From assembly GCA_951406725.2 (NCBI GenBank), contig OX597832.1, positions 29,760,001-29,824,000 on the forward strand: a stretch of DNA of 64,000 bases, read 5' to 3'. Source of the stretch: Octopus vulgaris. Lineage: Eukaryota. A model generated the notes under the pieces. The model was not told the DNA's origin, ran no database searches, and saw only the letters and a program-made list of their open reading frames with translations. Shown here one piece after another: positions 39,144 through 53,327 of this stretch (position 1 is its first letter; the number at the start of each line of letters is the position of its first letter). The translations under genes were made by a program, and so were the position numbers.

Positions 39144-40499
39144 ATGGCTGACAATGCTATCTTCTTAAAACACCCAAAAGAAGACAGCAAGTAGCCATTT
39201 TTTTGTGTGTTTCCTGCCAAAATTCCGTGTCAAGTACGGAAGCGCTACGTAAAGCTGGTCAAAAAACTCACCAAGGAACTCATTGGTCAGCCAGACGAAT
39301 GACTAAAGAAGGATATCAAAGGCGTTCTAGTTATGACCACCCCATCTATTTTTTCCTGACTTAATATATCTCGGACTACATTGTTCAATGAATTCTTCGT
39401 TTTTCTAAAACAGCAGAATACAATTCGACTGAGTTCTGGCTGATATTGGTAGCGAATTGAGTGACTATGTGGAGGCTTTCATCCTGGTTTGTATTAAGAT
39501 TAATTCTCCATGTATGTATGAGTGTGAGTGTGTGTGTGTGTGCGTGCGTTTGTGTACAAGCCTGTGTATGTCTGTGTATGTATGTGAATGGGTGTTCGAG
39601 TGTTACACCTTAAGCAACCTTCATTATCGAACACAAATCCAATCTCTTCACTTGGTGACGAATATTCAGATTGGATCAAGATACAATTGTCTTCTCCTCC
39701 TTAACATGTCTGTGTGTATACGTGTGTGTATACATATGGTTGTGTGTGTATGAGTTTGTGTATGTGTATGCCAGAGAGAGAGAGAGAGAGAGAGAGGAAG
39801 TGCATCTGTCTGTGAGAGAGTGTGAGAGAGACAGCGAGAAAGAGAGATTATGTAAGGGTATTTGTGTATGCGTTTGTATGTATGTGTGTATATACATATA
39901 TATATGTGTGTGTGTGTCTGTATGTATATAGATATGTGTGTGTGTGTGTGTGTTATGCGTATATATGTTTATGTGTGTATCCGTGTGTGTGTGTGTGTTA
40001 CGTGGTGGAGAGAGTGACCAATTCCATCAGTGAGTCAATAAACAACGAAGTCTGGTAACGATGAGAAAGAAAGGTGGGTGACGGGGAAACGACAGGATGG
40101 AAAATGTCAGAATGGAAATATGGTGGCGACGGAGGTGGTGGTGGTGGCGGCGGCGGCAGATGCTGCAGCGGCGGTGGCGGGGTGGTAGCGGTGGTGGTGG
40201 GGGTAGTGGCAGGGGTGGGTGATGATGATGATGGTGATGGGCGTGGCAAGGATAATATTGATGGTGACAGCGATAATGATAATTAGAGTGGTGGTGGTGG
40301 TGGTTGTGGTTGTGTATCATATACAAAATAAAAGGACACACAACATGCGTATATTAGAATACATAAATATGTGTTTGTGCATGTATGTATATATATGTAT
40401 GTATGTATATATATATATGCATGTGCGTGTGTGTGTCTGTGTGTGTGTGTGTATCAATTTCCATCTTCCACTTGACGTGGATTTATTATAAGAACGCCG

Positions 40500-41995
40500 T
40501 AATACTGCGGTATTCGCCTCGAGAGAGAATCTGTATGTGATACTCTGGCAGTACACATCAAACATATGAGAATGGTAATATGTACCGCATATCGCCCACC
40601 AGATGCGCCAGATCATGAGAACTCATTTGAAGAATGCCTCCAAAAAAAATGAGAGTTGTTCTGACAAAATCTCGACAATGATCTGCACATACTTCTCTTG
40701 GAGGATTTCAATCACCCTCATATAAAATGGCCAGAGGGTTGTCCCCTTTCAAGTATGTCACTTCAAAATCGGAAGCATGCGGAGTCTTTGCTTGACTTCA
40801 CTGACGCACACTTTATGGAGCAGATGGTGCATCGCCGCCACAAGGGGAAAGATATCCTGGACCTATGTTTCACAAACAGCTTGGGACTCATGCATGACGT
40901 GAAAGTGACACCGACGCTTTTTTCGGACCATAATTTAATAGAACTAGTGATGTATGGACCACAAAAGACCACGGACATACGAAATACTAGGAATGCTCAT
41001 CTCATCTCCAGCCTGAATTTCCACAAAGCTGACTGAAAGGGAATTGATAAAGAGGTCCTGAAGGGTAATTGGTCCGCCATCTTCTATGGGGAAAACATCG
41101 ACAAAAAACTATAGAACTTCATGGCAAACATATATGATATCTGCAGTAAGTTTACCCCAAAGAGAATACCAAATCAACGGGTGAATAAAAATATAATATC
41201 CAGGGAAAGGATGGTACTAATGAGACGAAGAGCAAAAATCTCAAACCGTCTAAATGGACTCTAAAAGATTTTCAAACTTTCCCATGAAAAGGAAAGGGCA
41301 GAAAAGGAAGCCAGGGCTATCAAAAACATTAAAGCGGACCCTAAGGCTTTCTATAGATATGCGAAAGAATCTGCTTCAGTGCGTTACGAAAGAGGACCGC
41401 TACTAGATGAAAACGGTTTACCAACTGCGGACCCCCAGAGGATCAGTGAATTACTGAATGGACAATACAAGAGCGCTTTCAGCATACCGCAGGGGAAGCT
41501 ACGAGTGAATGTGCCGGATAGGTTCTTTGACCCCGAAGACACACATTGGGAAATGGCAACTATTGATAACATCAGCATAGAGGAAACTGATGTGATATCA
41601 GCCACTGAAGAGCTGAGCTCGAACTCGGCAACGGGCTCTGATGGATTCCTTGCAATCCTCCTAAAGAAATGTAAAAGAGCTCTAGCTAGACCGCTTCAAA
41701 TCCTTTTCCGGGAGTTCCTCAGAATGGGGAAACTCCCCAAAAACTAAAAGAGGGAATAATATGCCCTATCCAGAAGGGAGGAAGCAAAGCAGAGGCTATG
41801 AGTTATAGACCTGTCTCCCTGACCTCCCACGTCTATAAAGTCATGGAGCGCATTGTCCGGAAAAGACTGATTGAGTTCCTTGAGGGCAATGACCTGCTCT
41901 CTGACACCCAACATGGCTTTCGTCCGGGAGGGAGCTGCCTTACACAGCTTCTGCAACACTATGACTGGGCACTGAAGCAATTAATGAACTCCTAA
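40500..41995 (+). mobile_element. Degraded CR1-clade LINE ORF2 (endonuclease plus start of RT)
   Basis: AYRPPD, EDFNHPHIKW, ILDLCFTN, SDHNLI, SATGSDG, YRPVSLTSHVYKVMERIV, QHGFRPGGSCLTQLL; in-frame stops. Confidence 0.92.
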
Positions 41996-42393
41996 CCTAA
42001 TCGTCTGGTCCCTTTGAAATTTAATACTGTAAGCATTCGAAAGGTTCCGGGTTCCTCTTGCCATTAAAGATATTGACCGGTATAAGTTCGAGCTGGGCAT
42101 CAACCCTACTGATTTCACGAACCTGGGGTGGCTTAAAATGTCACTCAAGGGCCAGTTGGCAAATTTAAATAAACCCTATGATGGGCTCCCACACACGGTC
42201 TGTCGATCAAGTTTCTTTAATGAATCTTTTGTCAATTTCAGGATATATGCAGAAGCTACTTGCCCAAGTTACGGTAAAATCAGTTGGTGCTTGAAACCAT
42301 GTGAGTTCAAAAATGGACTTTATAACTGCATAGCTACGGCTGCACCCGAAATGGAGATAACAAAAAAATAGGTTCTAATAATTAACCATAATA

Positions 42394-42606
42394 AGGCAGC
42401 GAGCTACTAGAATCGTTAGTGCGCCAAGCAAAATGCTTAGCGGCATTTCGTTCGTCTTTACGTTCCGAGTTCAAATTCCGCTGAGGTCGACTTTCCTTTC
42501 ATGCTTTTGCGGTCGATAAAATAAGTGACAGCTGAGCACAGGACAGGGATCGATGTAATCGATCGTGCCCGCCCCAAAAATTGCTGGCCTTGTGCCAAAA
42601 CTTGAA
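42394..42606 (+). mobile_element. SINE B
   Basis: Head plus Nin-like domain; flanking AATAATTARCCA duplication. Confidence 0.85.
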
Positions 42607-42691
42607 ATAAATAATTAGCCACGAGTTTCGTCTTGTCACAAAAGAAGTAAAGATAATTTCCATAGAGTAATTACACCATGGAATTATTTAT

Positions 42692-42988
42692 GTGCCCTTT
42701 TCAAGCCTAGCCAGGCTTATGGACACGGTTTCCCGTTTTCTATGGCGTATGTGTTCCCACAGCTGGACGGGACGTCAGTCCATCAAAGCATTACTCACGG
42801 AACAGGAAGAAAGAGTGAGAGAAGATTGGGGCGAAAGAGTACAACAGGGGTCGCCACCATCTCCTGCTGGAGCCTCGTGGAGCTTTAGGTGTTTCCGCTC
42901 AATAAACACACACAACGCGCGATCTGGGAATTGAAACCACGACCCTCCGACCGCGAGTCCGCTGCCCAAACCACTGGGCCATTGCGCC
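42692..42988 (-). mobile_element. SINE family C head with a different (V-domain-like) body
   Basis: Reverse complement GGCGCAATGGCCCAGTGG...GGTTTCAATTCCC; body GATGGACTGACGTCCCGTCCAG; flanking ACCATGGA duplication. Confidence 0.85.
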
Positions 42989-43034
42989 TATACCATGGAC
43001 TACCAAAAGTAAATTATGAAGAATTGCACCATTG

Positions 43035-43245
43035 CTGGTTTCGTATTTTGGTGCAGGGCCAGGAATTGCGGGGGGGAGGGTAAGTGGAATACACCGATCC
43101 CACTGTTCAACAGGTACTTGTTTTATTGACCCCGAAAGGATGAAAGGCAAAGTCGACCTCGGCGGAATTTGAACACAGAACGTAAAGCCAGGAAATGCCT
43201 ACAAGAATTCAGATCGGTTTGCTAACGATTATTGCCAGTTACCTT
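43035..43245 (-). mobile_element. SINE B
   Basis: CCCCGAAAGGATGAAAGGCAAAGTCGACCTCGGCGGAATTTGAAC. Confidence 0.85.
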
Positions 43246-43670
43246 AAAGGACCACCTCATTATTAACACAAATATCACACTGCAAATACAGAATAATCTA
43301 GATTTGATTCAATCGATTTGAAGAATGATTTACCGTCGATAGATGTACTTACGCAAAACATGAACATATTTCAGTTTGGGAACGTAAATTCTCAAGAACA
43401 TTTTTGGTTAAGACGTCTCGAGTTTTGAATATTCTTTACCGTCAGTTCTGTTTGAAATTTACTTATTCACACAAAGCATATCTGAAATATGAGGAGACCA
43501 AAATGACATGAAATGTGAGAAGCTGTGAGTTAGGTTTGGCCAAGTGGAAGCAACAGAAATAGGAACCTCTGCAAAAAATATATATATAAATGAATGTTCT
43601 AAAATATTAGATTTCCTCTTGGGGTTTCTGCAATGACCTTTCCTAGAGTTCGGTGTGCGCGCGCGCGTAC

Positions 43671-43710
<40 letters not shown>

Positions 43711-44196
43711 GTGTGTGCGTGCAAGAGAGAGCGAGAAAGAGAGAGAGAAGGGGAAGGAGAAAGAAAGAAAATGTGTGTAAGTGTGTGTGAATGTGTGTGT
43801 CTGAGTGTGTGCGTGTTTGAGTATTCGTAAGTGAGAGTAGTTTAAATAATCCCAAAGGATTACGGGAACGTGAAAATATTGTATTTAATTTTCTTCCATA
43901 CTCCTACCTTTTTTTTTCTTCTTTCTAATCCGCCTGTCTCAATTATGATATAAATTTTCCATATCATATCGCCACTGGGTACTCAAAACAAGATGTTAAC
44001 AGAGGCCTACAGTTTCAACAAAAGTTCTAAACACGTGTAATCTGTGTTTCGTAACAGAGACTGGCCTAAAGAGAGGACGAAGCTGTCAAGAAAATTGCGT
44101 CGGAGCAATGTCCTGTAATTTCAACAAATCTCTCTAGAATTTAAACAAACATTAATGGAGTTTTGTTTCAATAGCATTAACAACGTTTTTTACAGT

Positions 44197-44720
<524 letters not shown>

Positions 44721-44737
44721 TATATGTGTACTGGCGT

Positions 44738-45135
<398 letters not shown>

Positions 45136-45774
45136 GTGTGTATGAATATGTATGTAGAGAGAGAGAAGGGGTAGTGAGAGAGAGAGGGAGAGAGAGAGAT
45201 TTGGTTAACGCCGTGTTACAGTGTATAATATTGCAACAAAATATAAACATCTCGTCTCAGTGCTGAGAATATATACTTACAGAGGCTTAAGTAGCCCTGT
45301 ATGTATAGACAAATGTAAACACTTTGTTTCAATGCTGCATATTGTACTGCAGAGAATGTCTTAGGACAGACGTAAATTCCTTGTCTTTATATGCAATATT
45401 TTCGTGCTGAGAGAAACGAGAGATAAGCAGAATTATTTCGAAACCTGTGTTGAGATTTCATCAACAACCAGCCTACTTTCTTAGCTTTGCACATTGGCAC
45501 TGATTATAAATCTTCTATTGCTAAAAACCTATCGATAAATATTCTTCTAGTACAGCATAAAATTAACACACCAACAATTAATTAATAATCAAGAATGCGT
45601 TACTTATGCAAATCAGTCAATTCGGTTTACTTAAATATTTAGTAATAATAAGTGTATAATCAGTGTCCCTGTAAACAGTTAAGAAGAATCTGAGACGCTG
45701 ATGAAATCCCAAATAAAACTGAAACTAGTTGATTCCTGTTTTCTCTCCATAGATATAGTATGTGTATACAGGGT

Positions 45775-46178
45775 GGCGCAGGAGCGGCTGTGTGGTAAGT
45801 AGCTTGTTTACCAACCACATGGTTCCGGGTTCAGTCCCACTGCGTGGCATCTTGGGCAAGTGTCTTCTGCTATAGACCCGGGCCGACCAAAGCCTTGTGA
45901 GTGGATTTGGTAGACGGAAACTGAAAGAAGCCTGTCGTATATATGTATATATATATGTATGTGTGTTTGTGTGTCTGTATTTGTCCCCCTAGCATTGCTT
46001 GACAACCGATGCTGGTGTGTTTATGTCCCCGTTACTTAGCGGTTCGGCAAAAGAGACCGATAGAATAAGTACTGGGCTTACAAAAGAATAAGTCCCGGGG
46101 TCGAGTTGCTCGATTAAAGGCGGTGCTCCAGCATGGCCGCAGTCAAATGACTGAAACAAATAAAAGAGTAAAAGAGTA
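45775..46178 (+). mobile_element. SINE family A, full length
   Basis: GGCGCAGGAGCGGCTGTGTGGTAAG head through AAAAGAGT tail. Confidence 0.93.
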
Positions 46179-46609
46179 AGGGTGTACATGTCTACCTGGA
46201 CATACAATGTTTGCTTTAAAAAAAATCTGCTGATTTATTATGTAATCCAATGGATCCTACTTCGAGTTATCCCAGGTTTTAGGCTTTGTCTGATCTTCAC
46301 TCTGCCGGTCGATATAACATTTATTATCTGTCTAAGGCTTTGTTCTCAGAATATTTGAACAAATCATCCTTAGTTATAAAACATATAACTCCTTTATTAA
46401 CAGAAAGATTAAATTGCGAACAATTTCCTAAATATAAAAGTGGCTGAGTATCTAGAACCAAACTCAACATAAAACCTCAATGAAATTTCCTTGGAAAAAA
46501 TATACGAAAGTTATGATGCTCGTTGGCAAATAATAAAACTCTCTTACGATCAGAACTCCATTATTACTATTATATATAACTATTACTACTACAATATGAC
46601 TATTATTAC

Positions 46610-46835
46610 TACGTGGCGGGGGTGGGGTACTGAAAAGTTCCTGGGTAAAAGAAAATACAGGAGGATCAGTTAATTATGATTTTATTCAACATATTCCCTT
46701 CTCAGATTCACAATAAGATATTGCAGCAGTACTTCAGTCTTTCTAAGCTCTATAAAAGAAATCGGAAGATTGGGCCCCCAACCAGGCATTTCGTGGAAAC
46801 CTTAAAAGCCAAGAACTTTTCAGCAACCCTTCGTA
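46610..46835. mobile_element. Mariner-type MITE
   Basis: TACG...CTGAAAAGTTCCTGG and CCAAGAACTTTTCAGCAACCCTTCGTA termini with TA flanks. Confidence 0.75.
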
Positions 46836-46912
46836 TAATATGACTGTATTATTGCTATAATATAATTCTTATATTACTAAAATATAATCTATTATGATAA
46901 TTACCAGCTCTG

Positions 46913-47548
46913 GACGGCGGCGAGCTGGCAGAAACGTTTGAACGCCGGGTGAAATGCTTAGCAATATTTCGTTTGTCTTTACGTTCTGAGTTCAAATTCC
47001 GCCAAGGTTAGCTTTGCCTTTCATCCTTTCGGGCTCGATTAAATAAGTACCAGTTACGCACTGGGGTCGATATAACCGACTTAATCCGTTTGTTTGTCCT
47101 TGTTTGTCCCCTCTGTGTGTAGCTCCTTGTGGGCAATAAAGAAATAAGAAACATTAGAACGCCGGGCGAAATGCTTAGCGGTATTTCGTCTGTCGCTACG
47201 TTCTGAGTTCAAATTCCGCCTAGGTCGACTTTGGCTTTCATCCTTTCGGGTCGATTAATTAAGTACCAGTTACGCACTGGGGTCGATGTAATCGACTTAA
47301 TCCGTTTGTCTGTCCTTGTTTGCCCCCTCTGTGTTTAGCCCCTTGTGGGTAGTAAAGAATTAGGTATTTCGTCTGCCGCTACGTTCTGAGTTCAAATTCC
47401 GCCGAGATCGACTTTGGCTTTCATCCTTTCGGGGTCGATTAAATAAGTACCAGTTACGCACTGGGGTCGATGTAGCCGACTTAAACCCTTTGTCTGTCCT
47501 TGTTTGTCCCCTTCTATGTTTAGCCCCCCTGTGGGTAATAAAGAAATA
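46913..47548 (+). mobile_element. SINE B trimer under a single TSD
   Basis: Three modules; 17-bp TSD GATAATTACCAGCTCTG at 46896-46912 and 47549-47565. Confidence 0.93.
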
Positions 47549-48344
47549 GATAATTACCAGCTCTGCTCAGGATAGAAGCTAAAGTACAATAGACGAAATA
47601 AAATGGTATTACTACATCGAAATAGATTCCGCAAACACAACACTTAGAAAGGCTCTCAGACACTGAAAGAAGATACTTAAATTTCAAGAATATTTCGACA
47701 GTCAAAGAATACAGTTAATTTCTACCGTCAGTTCTAGTACATATAATTTCTTAGCGTCACATCTGGAATTTATATTAACACCAATAACCCACCAGACACA
47801 CTTCTGCCATATCAGCTTGACAACAGTCTCTCCATGTTTATCTTTACAAGCACACAAATGTTCGCCATAATCACCACAACATCAACTACCCCAACATTTA
47901 TAAACTTTATGTTAGGTTGTCCACATTTACACAGAATTCTGGGGAATTAAATCTAACACCATTCACTGAGCAATTTCACTTCGACTTTCAACTGAGTAAT
48001 CGATCACATAGTAACAGGCATGCCTTGTATTACTCCGTATCCGTCATAGAGCACTCTATACAGTCACTCAACGTATAACATGGTGTGTGTAGCGTTACCA
48101 CAAAACAATAGAGGCATGCTGTATTTGAGTTACTGAACTTATCAGTGTTATATTAGATACAATATCACAGATTTGTTATAGCTTTCTACTCTAAACACTT
48201 CAACCAAACCTCATCCCTAGAACTACAAGTTTCTACACACATTCTCTCAGCAGAGACCAAACGGGTTACTGTTTGTAAGAGTATGTTTACTGTCTCTTCA
48301 AACATATATAAGGAGTAATAACACTTGAAATATGCATACACATC

Positions 48345-48693
48345 CATTACCTTTCATCCTTACGGGGATCGATAAATTAAGTACCAGTTGAACACTGGGG
48401 CCGATGTAATCGACTAGCTCCCTCTCCTAAAATTGCTGGCCTTGTACCAAAGTTTAAAACCAATATTAAATATAAGATTAAGGCGGCGAGCTGGCAGCAT
48501 CGTTTACGCATCGCGCAAAATGCTTAACGGCATTTCGTCCGTTATTAAGCTCGGAGTTCTAATCACAGGGATGACGACTCTGCCTTTCGTTCTTTTGGAG
48601 TTGACAAAATAAGTACCAGTTGAATTCTGGGGACGATGCAATCGACTCATACCCCTTCACCCGAAATTGCTGGCCTTGTGCCAAACTTTGAAA
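48345..48693 (+). mobile_element. Two adjacent SINE B copies (one partial, one full)
   Basis: Nin-like domain at 48349-48390; head GGCGGCGAGCTGGCAG at 48482. Confidence 0.85.
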
Positions 48694-49811
48694 CCAGAGC
48701 AAGCCAAAGCTACACAGAACGTCAGCCATACTGAAGTAGTCTGGCTTCAGTTTCCCAATTCCTACGGAACAGCCATGTTGAAGTAGCGATAAACATTTCT
48801 TCTCAGTATAATTACTGCATTCAATGTCTTTTAGAGATTTTCTAACCTGCAACTTTGCTTGTTGCAAGATCAGTGACTGTGTGCCGTTTGTTCTCTATAT
48901 ATTGCAAGCTGACGTGAACTACTGCTGTCTCTAGCGGACGAGTATACATCACCGAGGATGACCACAAAGAGGTCGAAACAGTACCGTCTGGTGGTCGCCT
49001 CAGCGGGATCTGAACACGAAGTGCAGAATGTCAGGGCAAATACTACCAGGCATTCTCTCCAGCGCTCTCTCAATAACTCTGCCAATTGCCCCGCATTTTG
49101 TCGTTTTGGTTTTCGAGTATGTTATCTCTTACACCCCCACCCCACCCGACTCCAGTTGAATGACATTCGCAGTTTACTTGGGTCCGTCTTTGCAAAAGGA
49201 TTTGACATCAACACTACGGCAGATGTCTGCAGTTTCGGTTTACAGTAAATTCTGACAAAAAACATTTAGACATTTTTTTTTTCCTTTTTAAACCCTCGTA
49301 AAACACAAAGAACAGACAAGTGTATCACAGACAAAGTGAAAATGGTAAAATAAAGAGAAGAGAAACAAATAAAAGAAAATTAAAATGAAAAAAAAATAAT
49401 AATTAGGAGGATTGCTTAAATTTTGACGGGTTTTTATCAAAGTCTAGAGATATAGGGGTGAGAAAAGAGTTAGAATTAAGTTGAGAGAGTTGGATAAGTT
49501 GAGATAATCTCTTAGCAGGAGACGATGGTGGGGAGGAGGAGGAGGAGGAGGAGGAGGAAGAAGAAGAAGAAGAATGGGGAACCAAAGGAAAGTATCAAGT
49601 TGAAGTTGATTTCATAGCGAATGTCTGTTTTAACACGTTTCTTAACCGTTTCTTTTGGGCAGTAAGAAGGAGGGGAAGGGGAGGGGAAGGGAAGGAGAAG
49701 GATGAGGGTGGGGGGAGGCCACTGTTGTTCAACTAATTTTCACTGTACGGCTGGCCTGTAGGGCAGGCCGGAACGTACTTGAAATTTTACACCAGCGTAA
49801 CTTCATTTTCT

Positions 49812-49852
<41 letters not shown>

Positions 49853-49855
49853 CAC

Positions 49856-49898
<43 letters not shown>

Positions 49899-50047
49899 TA
49901 TATGTATGTATGTATACATATACATACACATACATTTACACACATATACTCTCTGGGATTCACGCACAAACACACACACACATATAAATATGTATGTATA
50001 TTTGTATATATGTATACATGTGTATATATTTATATAAATATATATGT

Positions 50048-50093
<46 letters not shown>

Positions 50094-50528
50094 ACATAGA
50101 AACATGTGCGCGTGTTTAAACGTGTATGTTCTCATATGATCGTAGGTATGATTGAGAACATGTGTACGCAAGTGTATGTTTGTATTTATGTGTGTGTGTG
50201 TGTGTGTGTGTGTATCTCATATCTATATCTGTGGCGCATCGTACAATTTCACTCGGAGTATATTTCATTGTACCATTATTGACAAGGTTTCACTGACGGA
50301 CATTTTAGCTCAACACTGTTGAAGAATTCAGGCTACAACTCTATCTAAAAAACACACACACACACACACACAGACAATATAAAACTCACAACACACACAC
50401 ACACACACAAGCACACACACACACATACACATACACACAACATGCAACACAGATGTAGTTTGCTAACAGAAATGAAACAGACATTTACTATTAAACCGAA
50501 GAAAGCGTTTTACTGTTAAGTTTTAATA

Positions 50529-50822
50529 CAGTGGTTCCCAAAGTGACCGGTACTGCCCCCCGACACGCTGTGGTCAGTTGAAGGATCAAGAAGAGCATAG
50601 AAGAAAAGTGGGGCAATAATAGGGCGACCAAAAGGATTTGATGGATGTAACCCCTCACCCCACCAAGAATGGTTTAATTAGGTTAAGTTTTATTTTTGAA
50701 ATACTGTTGCTCTGAATTTGCTGCAGAAAATGGTGCACGTTTGTAATGCTGAGTGTGTGGGGGGGGGGGATGTGGATCAAGTGTCAAGGGGGCGGCAGCT
50801 TGAAAAAGTTTGGGAATCACTG
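50529..50822. mobile_element. hAT MITE
   Basis: TIRs CAGTGGTTCCCAAA / TTTGGGAATCACTG; perfect 8-bp TSD TTTTAATA. Confidence 0.9.
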
Positions 50823-50896
50823 TTTTAATATAAAAAGACCCCCCAAAAAAAGGGCGATACAATGGGTTTTACAATGTGTAAACAATATGTATAACG

Positions 50897-50956
<60 letters not shown>

Positions 50957-50960
<4 letters not shown>

Positions 50961-51245
50961 TCACTGCCTGGGTTAGTAGCCCGCGCTCTTAAGCACTACG
51001 CCATATGCCCGTGAGCAATTATGGAGTGGATTTTAGAGCTTATAAATCTAATATTTTCCTATCTTTCCTTAATACCGGTTCCTATATTCTACTCATATCT
51101 GCACTCAGTCTTCTTAGGAGGTTATTGTGTCCTAGCATATGTGCTGCTTCTTTTAGTTTTCATATTTTCCAGTGGTGTCCTCTGTCTATTATTTTAACTT
51201 CATCCCACAGGGGAAGGTGGCCTCCATTTTTCCATACATGGTCAG
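50957..51245 (-). mobile_element. Penelope-like element 3' fragment (GIY-YIG C-terminus plus UTR)
   Basis: ADHVWKNGGHLPLWDEVKIIDRGHHWKI*KLKEAAHM matches the PLE GIY-YIG tail pattern. Confidence 0.75.
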
Positions 51246-52246
51246 CTGATCATGTATGGAAAATAATTCACAAGCAAATACGCGAGCCCTCGGTACGTTG
51301 CTTTCTTAAATGAATGATATAATACAGTAGATAAATATTATTACATATTCATATAAAGTTTCATGCCAAATAGCTCATTCTCTGAATGGCTAGGATTCAA
51401 ATAAAGATTTATTCAGGAATGGCGGATATATTTAAAGTTTTCTTTAATTGTGGCAGCAACTTGCCCATTTCTGTTTGAAGATGCAGGTTTAGAAATCGGG
51501 AGAGGAAAATGTCAGCTCGCAGGCTGGTATCCGCCTGCGAATAGACGCGCAGATATATATTCGCACAGAAATTATAAACAAAAGAGCATTAAGGGCGTAA
51601 TCGAAACCATTATTTGATTTAATGAGCTAAGGGGAACTTGCTAAAATATCTGCATTTGGTGAAAATTTCTGGTTGTTTATTTAAGAAAACATTGAGTTTA
51701 TTTGAAATTAAATATTTTCCCGTAACAGATAGTCTTCATATCTTGAAAACGTTAATGTATGTTTCAGTATATGCAAAGAGATGTTAAAATTGTCAATTCT
51801 CTTTGTTTTTTAATTACCATATAAAACATTATTCGCTTCGCAAAGATGAAATATGGTTGTAGTAACTGTTTTTGAAACATCCCACAGTCATTCTTATGCA
51901 ATGTTTCGTAAAGAAATTATTAATATAAGAAATTATTATAGCTATTATTAATTGAATTTACATTAAGGGAATGGCGTACTTACTTTTCTATTGCAGTTTT
52001 ACTTGAGAGGACACAACCCTTTATATTTGCATAAACTCAGTATTTATTATATTTCTTAGAATTAGAAGGTATTAATTAATATAAGATACCTTTAATATCG
52101 ACTGTGTAATTCTAGCTGATGTTCATTGTGTAACGATTGAATAAATTTCGATGCTTGTGGTTCAATGGAAAGTCTGTGTTAATGAGAGGTAAAGAATGTT
52201 GTGTTATATAAGCATTGATATTTAGAGAGAGAGAAAGAGAGAGAGA

Positions 52247-52285
<39 letters not shown>

Positions 52286-52679
52286 ACGTGGATTAAACCA
52301 TTTATTGTTCCAGTTTCCTTTCTTCGTAGTTTTTGGTATTTTTAGGAAGATTAAGAATAAAGTGAGTCATATCATTGAAACCGCTATTCTTCATGGCGTT
52401 ATTTTGATTGGGAGCGGCTTTGTTAGAGATTCTTCTGTTGCCTGTGTTATTATTTTAATTTTTTTTTAAACAGTGAGTTAGAGTGTTGGAAACCTTATTC
52501 GTGTAAGTGAGGTCTTCGTTCGGGTTTATTATAAGGTTGGTATATATTCATCTCCTAATTTAATATTATAACTAGAAATAAAATTAATAACTCTCATATT
52601 GGTGGATATTGTGATTCGAAGACAGAAGCGGTTATACGGTTTCTGAATTTAACTTTGGAAAGATAAAGCAACGCAAGAT

Positions 52680-53020
52680 AAAAGAATTGGAACCCGAGAG
52701 AATCTGAGAACGGTTATAAATATTTGGCAGCATGAGAAGGAGATGTGATCAAAGACTCACTAATGAGGGAAAAGATAAGGAAGGAATGCTTTCGGCGAGT
52801 TTCTGAAAACCAAACCTGAAGGCCAGAAACAAGATGGAGACTATACACACGCTGACCATACCTGTAATCACATACGGCTTCAATGTTATACACTGATCAA
52901 TCACTGAGATTAACAAAGTTGATGCCATAATCCGAAAGCTGATGAAAATGCATCCGATTCATCAACCCAAAACAGACATAAACCGAATATAACTTCCGAT
53001 AATAAAAAGTGGTCGGGAGT
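52680..53020 (+). mobile_element. R4-clade RT thumb fragment
   Basis: GYKYL...KIRKECFRRV...ARNKMETIHTLTIPVITYGFNVI...IRKLMKMH...PKTDINRI*LP. Confidence 0.75.
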
Positions 53021-53025
53021 TAATA

Positions 53026-53192
53026 CAATGATGGTGGTGTGTTTGCGTCCCCGTAACTTAGCAGTTCGGCAAGAGAGTCCGATAGAATAAGAACTAGGCT
53101 TACAAAGAATAAGTCCTGGGGGTCGAGTTGCTCGACTAAAGGTGGTGCTCCAGCATGGCCGCAGTCAAATGACTGAAACAAGTAAAAGAGAG
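53026..53192 (+). mobile_element. SINE A 3' half
   Basis: CCCCGTAACTTAGCAGTTCGGC...GACTGAAACAAGTAAAAGAG. Confidence 0.88.
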
Positions 53193-53327
53193 TATATACG
53201 CGTATACACACACACACACACACATAGACACACATATACACATACACACATATACACATACACACATATCACACACATACACACCACACATATATAAATG
53301 CGTGTGTGTAGGTGCGTGTGTGAGTGT

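Noticed and set aside
45698-45730. CTGATGA...GAAACTAGT hammerhead-like core
   Set aside because: No pairing for stem II or an adjacent stem I; possibly a decayed PLE motif but unsupported
51517-51540. GC-rich hairpin TCGCAGGC...GCCTGCGA as a terminator or Helitron end
   Set aside because: No U-tract or CTRR terminus at the expected spacing; single occurrence
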